Shown piece by piece: positions 34,077 through 42,135 of a stretch of DNA of 55,234 nucleotides. The translations under genes were made by a program, and so were the position numbers. The number at the start of each line of letters is the position of its first letter. Position 1 is the stretch's first letter. Origin of the DNA: Eubacteriales bacterium (GTDB taxonomy: Bacteria; Bacillota; Clostridia; Oscillospirales; CAG-272); assembly GCA_045606685.1 (NCBI GenBank), contig JAZUSJ010000140.1, positions 1 to 55,234 on the forward strand, written 5' to 3'. The notes under the pieces were generated by a model that made no database searches, was not told the origin of the DNA, and saw only the letters and a list, made by a program, of their open reading frames with translations.

Positions 34077-34255
34077 CTAAGGAACAGCGTACAGAAGCAA
34101 TCAACACGGCCTTTGACGGCATGCTGGCGTGTGAAGATCGTTTTGCCGAAACCGACAAAATGGTTTACAAAATGCTTTATCATATCTGGCGCATTTTGTG
34201 GCTGATGCTGACGGAGGGGAAGAATGGAAAGGAGAAACATGAAGATAATCTTTGA
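34073..34255 (+). CDS. Small hypothetical protein (60 aa)
   Basis: GAAGGAGGAAGA-ATG, chosen inside track ORF 33863..34255. Confidence 0.5.
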   Translation: MTKEQRTEAINTAFDGMLACEDRFAETDKMVYKMLYHIWRILWLMLTEGKNGKEKHEDNL

Positions 34256-34622
34256 AATCGGTGACGAGATCAACATTTACGACGAGGGCGAAGAGAAAGT
34301 CACGCCCGAGATGGAAGCAAAAATGACGGCCTCCCTGTTTTGGGGAGCCGCCATGAGAATCCACCACTTTTTCAGAAACGACGAACAGCTTGCAATGAAA
34401 GTGTGGAACAAATATACCGAGCTTGGCGAAATGAGGCTGAGGGCGCTTTATCTGGAACAAAATCGCAAAGACAGGCCGAGCGGTTGTTGCGATTGCTACC
34501 GTATAGAGTTTGGCAGACCTGTGTGTTACGGGACGAGAGAGAAAGAATCGTGCAAGTGCGGTGGCTGCGAAGAAAACTGTGATTTTTACGAGAAACGGAG
34601 GGTCAAAAAAAGTGGCAGATGA
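34239..34622 (+). CDS. Cys-rich hypothetical protein overlapping the toxin gene start (antitoxin candidate)
   Basis: AAAGGAGAAAC-ATG; C-terminal motif CCDCYRIEFGRPVCYG...CKCGGCEENC; 11-nt overlap with 34612..35052. Confidence 0.5.
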   Translation: MKIIFEIGDEINIYDEGEEKVTPEMEAKMTASLFWGAAMRIHHFFRNDEQLAMKVWNKYTELGEMRLRALYLEQNRKDRPSGCCDCYRIEFGRPVCYGTREKESCKCGGCEENCDFYEKRRVKKSGR

Positions 34623-35052
34623 AATCAAGCGTGGCGATATTTACTGGATTGCGGCAGAAGAAGGCGATTCCGTCTGGAGCGACGAGCCGACAAAATGCCG
34701 TCCGGGAGTTATCGTATCAAACGACAAGGGCAATATGTTTTCATCTTACGTGGTTGTTGTGTATACGACGACAAGAACAAAAAAGCCGCTTGCTACACAC
34801 TTTGAAACCGATTCCACGCCCGCCCGCTCAACCGTAATGTGCGAGGACATTTACACGATAAAGAAAGACCGACTGACGGAATACATCGGGTCACTCACTG
34901 ATGACGATGTTGAAACGCTCAACAAGTGCCTTGCGGTCGAGCTTGCGCTGGATTGCGAGGCAAAAGACACGGCGGACGTTTCGGAACTGAAGAAAGAACT
35001 TGATTTTTACAAGCAGGTATATAACAAAATTATTGACAAGCTGGTCGGGTAA
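34612..35052 (+). CDS. MazF/PemK-family toxin-like endoribonuclease with C-terminal coiled-coil extension
   Basis: KRGDIYWI...KCRPGVIVSNDKGN...VVVVYTTT...PLATHFE...STVMCEDIYTIKKDRLTEYIGSL follows the PemK/MazF pattern. The GTG start (34612) is inferred. Confidence 0.75.
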   Translation: MADEIKRGDIYWIAAEEGDSVWSDEPTKCRPGVIVSNDKGNMFSSYVVVVYTTTRTKKPLATHFETDSTPARSTVMCEDIYTIKKDRLTEYIGSLTDDDVETLNKCLAVELALDCEAKDTADVSELKKELDFYKQVYNKIIDKLVG

Positions 35053-35102
35053 AGTTCATTTTTTACTGCCAACTCACTACCAACGAAAGCCCGCAAACCG
35101 TT

Positions 35103-35170
35103 GGGAATACACGATTCCTAATTGACTGGGGGTCAAGAGGCCGTGAGTTCAAGTCTCGCCACTCGGACCA
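35103..35170 (+). other. attP core candidate: 3' portion of a tRNA-Pro(GGG) gene (no 5' acceptor strand)
   Basis: Anticodon arm (a)TTGA-CTGGGGG-TCAA(g), variable loop AGGCC, T arm GTGAG-TTCAAGT-CTCGC, then acceptor strand CACTCGG, A and CCA ending at 35170. The upstream 7-mer CAAACCG cannot pair with the acceptor strand. Confidence 0.65.
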
Positions 35171-35178
35171 AAGCAAAA

Positions 35179-35220
35179 GCCCTGAAACCGTTGATAATAC
35201 ACGGTTTCGGGGCTTTTTTT
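35179..35220 (+). terminator. Strong Rho-independent terminator
   Basis: 12-bp stem GCCCTGAAACCG/CGGTTTCGGGGC (one G-U pair), 11-nt loop, T7. Confidence 0.9.
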
Positions 35221-35296
35221 GCTTTTCCGGCAAAATGTAAAAATACTGTGTAGAACGCAAAAATATTGTGCTACTGCCAACATGGTTACCAACGGG

Positions 35297-36457
35297 CTAT
35301 ATGGCGTCTGTGATTGCTTTGAGGTCTTCGATCGACACGTCTTGATAGTATCGCAGCATTTCGTCGGAGCTATGCCCGATCAGCTCCAGTTTATCTTTAT
35401 CGGCACCGGCGACGCGCTTTATCAGAGTAGCAAACGTGTGGCGGCAGGAATGTGGCGTATACTTGTGTCTTTTTTTCCCGGCTCCAACAATAATGATTGG
35501 ATTGTCGATTTTCGCGTCCTCCAGCACGGCATAAAAGCGATCTGCAAAGGTTTCGTTGCGGAAGCGGTCTCCGTCTGCGGTGTCGCAGAACAAAAACCCT
35601 TCCGTCCTGTTTCCGGCGATCTTTTTAACGACATTCTGTATTTTGGGAGAGATCGTGACGGTGCGGTTGAGACCGGCATCTGTTTTGGCGCCGCCGACGA
35701 TGACATTCTGTTTTGCATCGTAGTTTTCAAGCCGGACATCCAAAAACTCAGCAGGGCGAAGACCGAGATAGATCAGGCAGTAAACGTAATCCGCAAAGGG
35801 AGTTTTCCCGATGCGGTTTTTTATTTTGCGGATTTGTTCGTCGTCAAAAGACGCTCTGGCAGATACGCCTTTGCCGGACACGGTGAGATAATCGGACAGT
35901 TTTAGTTTTTCCGGGAAATAGCCCCTTGGGATTCCGTACTTATAGACAAGGCCGCAGACGGTTTTCATGTTGGCTTTTGTTTGGCGCCCCTGAGGACAAT
36001 TGTCCATACACTCTTGCAGATCGTCAACTGTAATTGCAGATGCGGGATAATACCAAAGGTCTGAAAAATACTTGAAAGCGGACTTATAGCATTGGATTGT
36101 TGACTTACCTGCCTTGTGGGTTGGGAGCCACTTGTCGTACACCTCCTTGAACGTAACGTGTTCCTGCACGGGTGTCGGGGCGACGACAAATAGAGATTTG
36201 CGGAGGGCGGGAAGGGCGTCAAGCGCGTCTTTCTTTTTTTCAAATCGGCGGGAAGCTGTGCGTTTGCGGAGTTTTCCTTTTTCGTCAACAAACAATGTGA
36301 CGGCGGTCGCCATATATTTTCCGTCTGGGAGCTGCCACACAGTACCCTGACCGTTTCCGCGTTTTTTCACGGGGCGGTGTTCTGTGCGCTGTTTTGCGCC
36401 GCATTTACAGCAATACAGACCATCGGGGACATCTAAGTGACACTTTCGGCAAATCAC
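35297..36457 (-). CDS. int: Phage integrase (tyrosine recombinase) with N-terminal zinc ribbon
   Basis: CRKCHLDVPDGLYCCKCG; HSCRHTFATL (HxxR); IGHSSDEMLRYYQD (His, Tyr); next to the tRNA-fragment attP. Confidence 0.9.
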   Translation of the reverse strand: MICRKCHLDVPDGLYCCKCGAKQRTEHRPVKKRGNGQGTVWQLPDGKYMATAVTLFVDEKGKLRKRTASRRFEKKKDALDALPALRKSLFVVAPTPVQEHVTFKEVYDKWLPTHKAGKSTIQCYKSAFKYFSDLWYYPASAITVDDLQECMDNCPQGRQTKANMKTVCGLVYKYGIPRGYFPEKLKLSDYLTVSGKGVSARASFDDEQIRKIKNRIGKTPFADYVYCLIYLGLRPAEFLDVRLENYDAKQNVIVGGAKTDAGLNRTVTISPKIQNVVKKIAGNRTEGFLFCDTADGDRFRNETFADRFYAVLEDAKIDNPIIIVGAGKKRHKYTPHSCRHTFATLIKRVAGADKDKLELIGHSSDEMLRYYQDVSIEDLKAITDAI

Positions 36458-36831
36458 TTTTTCACTTCCTTACGCTTTTTCGCCTCAAACTCTTTGTAAT
36501 GGATAAACGATAAAACATCTTGATAATCTTGATCTGTCATATTGGATGAAGGCCCATACAAAGCAAAAACGACTGATCTTACACCGGCCTCTGCTTGGCG
36601 CTCACTGTTGGTTTCGACAGTGGGCGCTTTTTCAATTTCGGAGACCCCAAAGGTAGTTCCTAAAAACTGATTGATAATATCGAGCGATTCTTTACTGGGG
36701 AACGCTTTTTCATTTTTCCAAAGCGAAAAAGCAGCTCTTGTGATTCCGGTTTTTTCATGGAAGTCTTTTTTCTTCAAATTATTTTTTGCCAACTCTTCTT
36801 CGATTCTTTCTGCGATTTCACGGCTTGTCAT
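36454..36831 (-). CDS. CI-like XRE-family repressor
   Basis: HTH segment LKKKDFHEKTGITRAAFSLWKNEKAFPSKESLDIINQFLG. It overlaps the int start and is divergent from the cro-like gene. Confidence 0.75.
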   Translation of the reverse strand: MTSREIAERIEEELAKNNLKKKDFHEKTGITRAAFSLWKNEKAFPSKESLDIINQFLGTTFGVSEIEKAPTVETNSERQAEAGVRSVVFALYGPSSNMTDQDYQDVLSFIHYKEFEAKKRKEVKK

Positions 36832-36854
36832 AAAAATCCTCCTTTCAGAAAAAT

Positions 36855-36906
36855 TGTTAATTTAGGGTTGACAAAATAGGAAAAGTGTGTTAATGTAGAA
36901 TTGACA
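36855..36906. promoter_or_regulatory. CI/Cro switch: two 19-bp operator-like direct repeats, each ending in TTGACA, plus a rightward promoter
   Basis: TGTTAATTTAGGGTTGACA (36855-36873) and TGTTAATGTAGAATTGACA (36888-36906) match at 16/19 positions. Promoter: TTGACA (36868-36873), 17 nt, TGT-TAATGT (36888-36896). Confidence 0.65.
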
Positions 36907-37032
36907 TTGAGAGAGGGCAACACGAAAGCAAGCCCCCACTCATGCGGGCTTCTGTAATATGGTTGGCACCTATATTTTACAAAAAAGCCTGTGAAAAGTC
37001 AAGAATAACTTAACTGGAAAGAGGGTGAAAGT

Positions 37033-37248
37033 TTGACGTTTAAGGAGGCGCGCGTTCGTGCGGGACTGACCCAGCGGGAGGCTGCGGAAAAACTTGGCAT
37101 TACAAGTGCGGCAATTTCGATGTGGGAATCCGGGAAAAACAGCCCGAGATTCAAGCGGATCAAGGAACTTGCGGCGCTGTATGGCGTTGCGGTAAGCGAA
37201 ATCATGGGGGATGGAAATAATGACGATCAGCGAGATCAAGGCAAGTGA
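37033..37248 (+). CDS. Cro-like XRE-family HTH protein
   Basis: EARVRAGLTQREAAEKLGITSAAISMWESGKNSP; TTG start after GGAAAGAGGGTGAAAG. Confidence 0.75.
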   Translation: MTFKEARVRAGLTQREAAEKLGITSAAISMWESGKNSPRFKRIKELAALYGVAVSEIMGDGNNDDQRDQGK

Positions 37249-37432
37249 CAAGACATTTTTGACACCGGCAGAGATCGCGGAGGTGCTTGGTGCGAATCCG
37301 CAGGCCATCCGCATCCAGGCACGGGTGATGCCGGAGGCGCTGGGATTCCCGGTGAGTGTTGTCGGGACGAGGGTAAAGATTCCGCGCAAGCCGTTTTTGG
37401 CGTACATGGGAGAGTGCAGCGATGGGAATTGA
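37211..37432 (+). CDS. Small DNA-binding (excisionase/MerR-like HTH) candidate
   Basis: TPAEIAEVLGANPQAIRIQAR...TRVKIPRKPFLAYMG; the start (37211 or 37220) is uncertain. Confidence 0.4.
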   Translation: MEIMTISEIKASDKTFLTPAEIAEVLGANPQAIRIQARVMPEALGFPVSVVGTRVKIPRKPFLAYMGECSDGN

Positions 37433-37967
37433 CAAAGCCTATTATGCCATGCTCAAATCTCACCACCTGTGTACGAGATGCAAAACGCAGGATGCCTATA
37501 CGCTGGCTGGACGCGCCGTGTGTGCGGATTGTGCCGAAAAGATGGCAGAAAAGGCAAGGGAGCGGCGCAAAACAAACAAGCGGTATCTGGAGCTTGCGAA
37601 GCAGCGCAAGCGTGAGCGCATTGAAAACGGCCTTTGCCCGATTTGCGGGAAGCCATCTGACCCCGCAGGGGAGTACAAAATGTGCGCTGTATGCAGGGCA
37701 AAATACGCAAAGCAAGACGAGAAGTACCGCGACAAGGTAAAGCCTGACCGTGTGCGGAGGAACGCGGAGATCGGCGTTTGCATGAAGTGTTGTGCTGCGC
37801 CCGTTATTCCGGGGCGTAAAGTGTGTGCTGATTGCTACACAAAACTTGTGGACGGGTTAAAGGCGATCACGCTGAAACGCAACAAAGACGTGCGGTTTTT
37901 GCCGACGGACATTCTGATGCAGCGAGCCGTGGACATGGGGGAAGCGATTTATGGCAGAACAGTTTGA
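37422..37967 (+). CDS. Multi-zinc-ribbon hypothetical protein
   Basis: Four CxxC...CxxC pairs (CTRCKTQ..CADCAEK, CPICGKP..CAVCRAK, CMKCCAA..CADCYTK). Confidence 0.55.
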   Translation: MGIDKAYYAMLKSHHLCTRCKTQDAYTLAGRAVCADCAEKMAEKARERRKTNKRYLELAKQRKRERIENGLCPICGKPSDPAGEYKMCAVCRAKYAKQDEKYRDKVKPDRVRRNAEIGVCMKCCAAPVIPGRKVCADCYTKLVDGLKAITLKRNKDVRFLPTDILMQRAVDMGEAIYGRTV

Positions 37968-38604
37968 CGTGATCTGCACAAGCTATCCCGACCGTGACGC
38001 ATGGCTGAAGGGGCGCATTGGAATTGGGGCAAGCGAGATTGGCTGTGTTCTTGGAAGCGGATTCAAAAGTGCGATTGACCTGTGGAAAGAGAAAACGGGC
38101 AAGACAAAGCCGAAAGACCTTTCCGACAACGAGCGGGTGCAATTCGGCAACGCGGCAGAAGATCCGCTGAGGGCGCTGTTTACCGTCATGCACCCGGAAT
38201 ACGAACTATGGTTTACGCCGTACACCATTTTGCGGCAAAAAGGCGAATACGACTTTTTGTTTGACACGCCGGACGGGTGGCTGGAGGAAAAGGCAACTGG
38301 GCGGCGCGGGCTGTACGAAAGCAAAACATCGACCTGCATTTCAAAGGCAGATTGGGAAAAATGGGAAAACAAAGTGCCGGACGGTTATTTTTGTCAAGTG
38401 TGTCAAGGGATGTTTTGCGGAGGATTTGACTTTGCCGTGATTTTCGCCTTGCTGAAGAACGCAGACTGTGACGCATCTATCAGAGCATACACGTTTGAAC
38501 GCGCAGATTGTGAATGGATGATCGAGCGCATCAAGGAAGAGGGCAAAGCCTTTTGGAAGAACGTGCAGAACAAGACCGTTCCTGCGACGAAGCTGAAACT
38601 GTAA
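37951..38604 (+). CDS. YqaJ/lambda-Exo-type recombination exonuclease
   Basis: RDAWLKGRIGIGASEIGCVLG...DLWKEKTGK...GLYESKTS follows the YqaJ viral recombinase pattern. Confidence 0.75.
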   Translation: MAEQFDVICTSYPDRDAWLKGRIGIGASEIGCVLGSGFKSAIDLWKEKTGKTKPKDLSDNERVQFGNAAEDPLRALFTVMHPEYELWFTPYTILRQKGEYDFLFDTPDGWLEEKATGRRGLYESKTSTCISKADWEKWENKVPDGYFCQVCQGMFCGGFDFAVIFALLKNADCDASIRAYTFERADCEWMIERIKEEGKAFWKNVQNKTVPATKLKL

Positions 38605-38702
38605 GGAGCCTGTAGAAGACATCGTTTCGATACTTCATGTGTTTAGTTGCCGATTGTATAGGCTTCGTAAGTACAAGAAGCTGATTAAGGAGGACGAGGA
38701 TA

Positions 38703-39866
38703 TTGCAAAAGAGCTACAAGACAGAACTCGCACCCACGAATGAGCAAGCGGAACAGATACGTCGCACGGTCGGCGTCTGCCGCTATGTTTACAACAGTTT
38801 TCTTGCTACGAACGCCGAGCGCCACAAGAACGGCGAAAAATTCATGACCGGCATGGACTTCTCCAAATGGCTGAATAATGAGTTCGTTCCGCAGAACCCC
38901 GACAAGACATGGATCAAGGAAGTCAGCAGTAAATCGGTCAAGAAAGCCATCATGGACGCTGATGGCGCGTACAAGCGTTTCTTCAAGGGGCTTGCGCGGT
39001 TTCCGCGATTCAAGCGAAAGGGCGTCAACGATCCGAAGATGTATTTTGTCAAGAACGACGAGAAAGCAGTCATTCGCTGCGAGAGACACAGGATCAAGAT
39101 ACCGACGCTCGGCTGGGTTCGGCTCAAAGAATACGGGTATCTCCCAACGGACGGGAGCATCAAGAGCGGGACGATATCTATTCACGCCGGACGGTACTTT
39201 GTGTCGGTGCTTGCAGAAGTTCCCGACACCGCGCCGCAGGAACCTCAAACGGACGGCGTCGGCATTGACCTCGGCATCAAAGCGTTCGCAACGGTCAGCG
39301 ACAAAACGACCTATAAGAACATTAACAAGACGGACGAGGTACGGCGGCTCGAAAAGAAACTCCACCGCGAACAGCGCAGGCTTTCGAGGAAGTACGAAAG
39401 TCTGAAACAAAGAAACAAAACTATGAAAGGAGAGGCTACTCGACAGAATATCCAAAAGCAACAGCTAAAGGTGCAGAGAATCTACTACCGTTTAGACTGC
39501 ATCAGAACCGATTACATCAACAAGGCGATTGCGGAAACGGTGAAAACCAAGCCGGAGTACATAGCAATCGAAAACTTGAACGTAAGCGGTATGATGAAGA
39601 ACCGGCATCTTTCAAAGGCTGTGGCAAGTCAGAAGTTTTCGGAGTTCCGGGTAAAGCTGACAGCGAAATGCCGCGAGTACGGGATGGAGCTTCGGATTGT
39701 GGATAGGTGGTATCCATCTTCTAAGACCTGCCACAACTGCGGGTGCATTAAGAAAGACCTTAAACTTAAAGACCGCGTGTTCAAATGTAAGTGCGGTTAC
39801 GAGGCGGACAGGGATTTCAACGCGGCGCTAAACTTGAGAGATTCGGGGTGCTACACGGTGGCTTAA
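38703..39866 (+). CDS. tnpB: TnpB RNA-guided nuclease (RuvC-like, OrfB zinc ribbon)
   Basis: RuvC-I GIDLGIK, RuvC-II IAIENLN, RuvC-III ADRDFNAALN; zinc ribbon CHNCGC...CKCG; TTG start 8 nt after GGAGGA. Confidence 0.9.
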   Translation: MQKSYKTELAPTNEQAEQIRRTVGVCRYVYNSFLATNAERHKNGEKFMTGMDFSKWLNNEFVPQNPDKTWIKEVSSKSVKKAIMDADGAYKRFFKGLARFPRFKRKGVNDPKMYFVKNDEKAVIRCERHRIKIPTLGWVRLKEYGYLPTDGSIKSGTISIHAGRYFVSVLAEVPDTAPQEPQTDGVGIDLGIKAFATVSDKTTYKNINKTDEVRRLEKKLHREQRRLSRKYESLKQRNKTMKGEATRQNIQKQQLKVQRIYYRLDCIRTDYINKAIAETVKTKPEYIAIENLNVSGMMKNRHLSKAVASQKFSEFRVKLTAKCREYGMELRIVDRWYPSSKTCHNCGCIKKDLKLKDRVFKCKCGYEADRDFNAALNLRDSGCYTVA

Positions 39867-39986
39867 ATAGACCTCATGTACCGATGGCTAATCGGGAATT
39901 TACGCCTGTGGACTGTGCAAAAACTTGTGAGTAGCGACCGACTCGTCGGAGCGAAAGCACACAGAGTGAAGCAGGAACTTTCTCGG
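39750..39986 (+). ncRNA. Candidate omega RNA (reRNA) scaffold overlapping the tnpB 3' end and the downstream region
   Basis: By analogy with characterised TnpB loci. The region 39867-39986 has several complementary segments (CTGTGC...GCACACAG, CGAC...GTCG). The boundaries are guessed. Confidence 0.35.
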
Positions 39987-40011
39987 ATATGGGTATATTT
40001 GTCCATATTTT
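39985..40011 (+). terminator. AT-rich stem-loop plus T4 before the next gene
   Basis: ATATGG-gtatatttgt-CCATAT followed by TTTT. Confidence 0.45.
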
Positions 40012-40026
40012 GAGTAGCAGGACAGT

Positions 40027-40254
40027 ATGCTGGTAAAAATCAAATACTTGCACACAGAGGCAAACGCTTACGGCGGCATGAGCTACACGTACAAAACAGA
40101 GTTGCCGCTGGCGGTTATGGACAAGGTGCTTGCGCCGACGCCGCACGGGGAGCAGAGAGCGATCGTGACGGAAGTAAATGTGCCGGAGAGTGAGGTTTCG
40201 GCATCGTGGGCGTCGCGGATCAGGGCAATCGACAAGTACGACATGGAGGGATAA
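40027..40254 (+). CDS. Hypothetical protein (75 aa)
   Basis: ORF with an ATG start, packed in the operon. Confidence 0.5.
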   Translation: MLVKIKYLHTEANAYGGMSYTYKTELPLAVMDKVLAPTPHGEQRAIVTEVNVPESEVSASWASRIRAIDKYDMEG

Positions 40255-40256
40255 AG

Positions 40257-40493
40257 ATGGGCGCCAGAAAGGTTATCCAAAAGCAAAAAATCCTTATGTG
40301 GCTGAAGGAGCATGGAAGCATCACACCGATGGACGCGCTGATTGAGTTCGGCTGCATGAGGCTTGGCGCAAGGATTTGGGACTTGCGGCATGAGGGATAT
40401 CCCATTGAGAAGGTCATGGAAGAACACGTCAATGCTGACGGAACGGTAACGAGGTATGCGAGATATTTTTTGAGAGAGGTTGAAGCGGCATGA
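40257..40493 (+). CDS. Small winged-helix DNA-binding protein
   Basis: GGAGGGATAAAG-ATG. ILMWLKEHGSITPMDALIEFGCMRLGARIWDLRHEGYPI is the common phage HTH pattern. Confidence 0.6.
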   Translation: MGARKVIQKQKILMWLKEHGSITPMDALIEFGCMRLGARIWDLRHEGYPIEKVMEEHVNADGTVTRYARYFLREVEAA

Positions 40494-41344
40494 GCAAGGA
40501 AGTAAGTTTTGAGATCAAGACAGATTTACGCCCTGCGCGGGAGTTTGCGATCGAAGCCAACTTTGGCGAGGTCAAAAACTGGCTTGTGGAAAATCTGGAG
40601 CCTTATCGCACGATGGCGGTCACGGAGGACACGATTCAGGCGTGTAAAGGATACCGCGCCAACATTCGCAAAGTAAAAGAAAACATTGAATCGTGCCGAA
40701 AGGCAGCGAAGAAAGCCGTACTGGAGGGCTATGAGCCGTTTGAAGCAAAGTGCAAGGAGCTGACCGCGCTGTGCGATGATGCGGCGAATGGTCTTGATAC
40801 ACAGATTAAAGCCTTTGACGAGGCGCGGCGCGAAGAAAAACAAGCGACGCTGCAAGAATACTTTTCCAACGTGGCGAAAGAACTGATCGACATGAAGGTG
40901 CTGGACTATATTGACGTTGCAGACCAAAAGTGGCAGAACGCAACCTTTCCTCTGGAAAAGGCCATGGCGGAAATCGACGAAAAGGTGGAGGCCGCCAGAG
41001 AAGACATCAAGACCATTTGCAGTTTGAACAGCGAGTTTGAGGTCAGTTTGCTGGACTATTACGGTACATGTCACGATCTTGGAGCAACGATCCGAAAGAA
41101 TCAGACACTTACTGCCATGAACGAGTATACGCGGCAAATGGCGGCGCAGAAGGCGCAGGAACAGCCCCCGGTGATCTCGAATCACTACCCCGAAAAAGGC
41201 GTGGTTGAAAAGGCTGCGATCGAGGACGCAAATGAGAACTTATACCGGATTGATTTCCGGGTGTGGGTCACGGCTCCACAGCGAGATATGCTGAAGAACT
41301 TCCTTGTGAAAGCCAATATCAAATACGGGAAGGTGCCAAAATGA
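40490..41344 (+). CDS. DUF1351-like recombination-module protein
   Basis: Size, coiled-coil content and position upstream of the RuvC/RecT genes; N-terminus MSKEVSFEIKTDLRPAREF...NFGEVKNWL. Confidence 0.5.
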   Translation: MSKEVSFEIKTDLRPAREFAIEANFGEVKNWLVENLEPYRTMAVTEDTIQACKGYRANIRKVKENIESCRKAAKKAVLEGYEPFEAKCKELTALCDDAANGLDTQIKAFDEARREEKQATLQEYFSNVAKELIDMKVLDYIDVADQKWQNATFPLEKAMAEIDEKVEAAREDIKTICSLNSEFEVSLLDYYGTCHDLGATIRKNQTLTAMNEYTRQMAAQKAQEQPPVISNHYPEKGVVEKAAIEDANENLYRIDFRVWVTAPQRDMLKNFLVKANIKYGKVPK

Positions 41345-41775
41345 TTTATTTAGGGATTGACCCCGGAAAAAGCGGTGCGCTTGCAATGATTGACGGCGAC
41401 AGCGCAAGCGTGATCCCGTTTGACGAAAGGGACTATGCTGACAACATTCGGATTTGTGCTGAGGGGGGCGCGGTGTGCTGTCTGGAACACGTGAGCGCCA
41501 TGCCGGGACAAGGCGTGACGTCGGTTTTTAGTTTTGGCGAGAACTTTGGGTTTATCCAAGGCGTTTTGATGGCAAACGGCGTCAAATACGAGCTTGTGAG
41601 GCCGCAAAAGTGGAAGAAAGAGTTTTCCGTGACGAGTGACAAAAACACGTCCATCGCGGTGTGCAAGCGCCTTTTCCCGGAAGTTTCTTTGCGGCGCACA
41701 GAGCGGAGCAGAAAGGACGATGACGGCTTTGCGGAGGCTCTTTTGATGGCGGAGTATGCGAGGCGGCATTTTTAA
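41341..41775 (+). CDS. RuvC-like Holliday junction resolvase
   Basis: MIYLGIDPGKSGALAMID (catalytic Asp motif); ATGA overlap with the upstream gene; C-terminal DDGFAEALLMAEY. Confidence 0.75.
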   Translation: MIYLGIDPGKSGALAMIDGDSASVIPFDERDYADNIRICAEGGAVCCLEHVSAMPGQGVTSVFSFGENFGFIQGVLMANGVKYELVRPQKWKKEFSVTSDKNTSIAVCKRLFPEVSLRRTERSRKDDDGFAEALLMAEYARRHF

Positions 41776-41787
41776 CAGGAGGGCATC

Positions 41788-42135
41788 ATGGAAGTAACAT
41801 ATCGCACAATGATTTCGGCAAGAAAGCCGTGGCAGAGCGCAGATGCCGGCGAGCCGGTAAAAGCAATCACAGAGCAAGAACAAAAGAAAATTGACAAATG
41901 CCTGTGCTGCCCGTTTGCGGAGTGCGTTGATTGTCTATCCAAAAAGATTGCCGCGGCGAAGCGAGAAAGCGCGCATGACGCAAGAGAGGTTATTGTGATC
42001 CTTTTGGGACAGGGACTTAGCGTTTCTGAGGTTGCAAGGCGGACGGGATGCGCCAGAAGCACGGTGCGATATTACACAGAGAAAGGACAAACGAATCATG
42101 AAAGAAATCGTTGTAAAAACGCAAGCAGAGTTTGA
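41788..42135 (+). CDS. Small HTH protein (sigma-70 region 4 / resolvase-HTH-like)
   Basis: LLGQGLSVSEVARRTGCARSTVRYYTEKG. Confidence 0.55.
   Translation: MEVTYRTMISARKPWQSADAGEPVKAITEQEQKKIDKCLCCPFAECVDCLSKKIAAAKRESAHDAREVIVILLGQGLSVSEVARRTGCARSTVRYYTEKGQTNHERNRCKNASRV

Larger units (their letters stand above)
38605..40026 (+). mobile_element. IS605/IS1341-type solo TnpB element (no TnpA) inserted in the recombination module; ends not defined
   Basis: An intact tnpB, an imperfect left-side hairpin (38621-38642) and a 160-nt structured right-side non-coding region. The flanking genes belong to one Exo/RecT module. Confidence 0.6.

Noticed and set aside
35094-35170. Full-length tRNA gene next to the integrase
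   Set aside because: The anticodon arm, T arm and 3' acceptor strand are good, but the required 5' acceptor strand (CCGAGTG) is absent; CAAACCG pairs at only 3 of 7 positions. I therefore call it a tRNA 3' fragment and attP core.
35219-35905. 228-aa + strand ORF overlapping the integrase gene
   Set aside because: It is antisense to a well-supported integrase with catalytic motifs, and it has no SD or recognisable domain.
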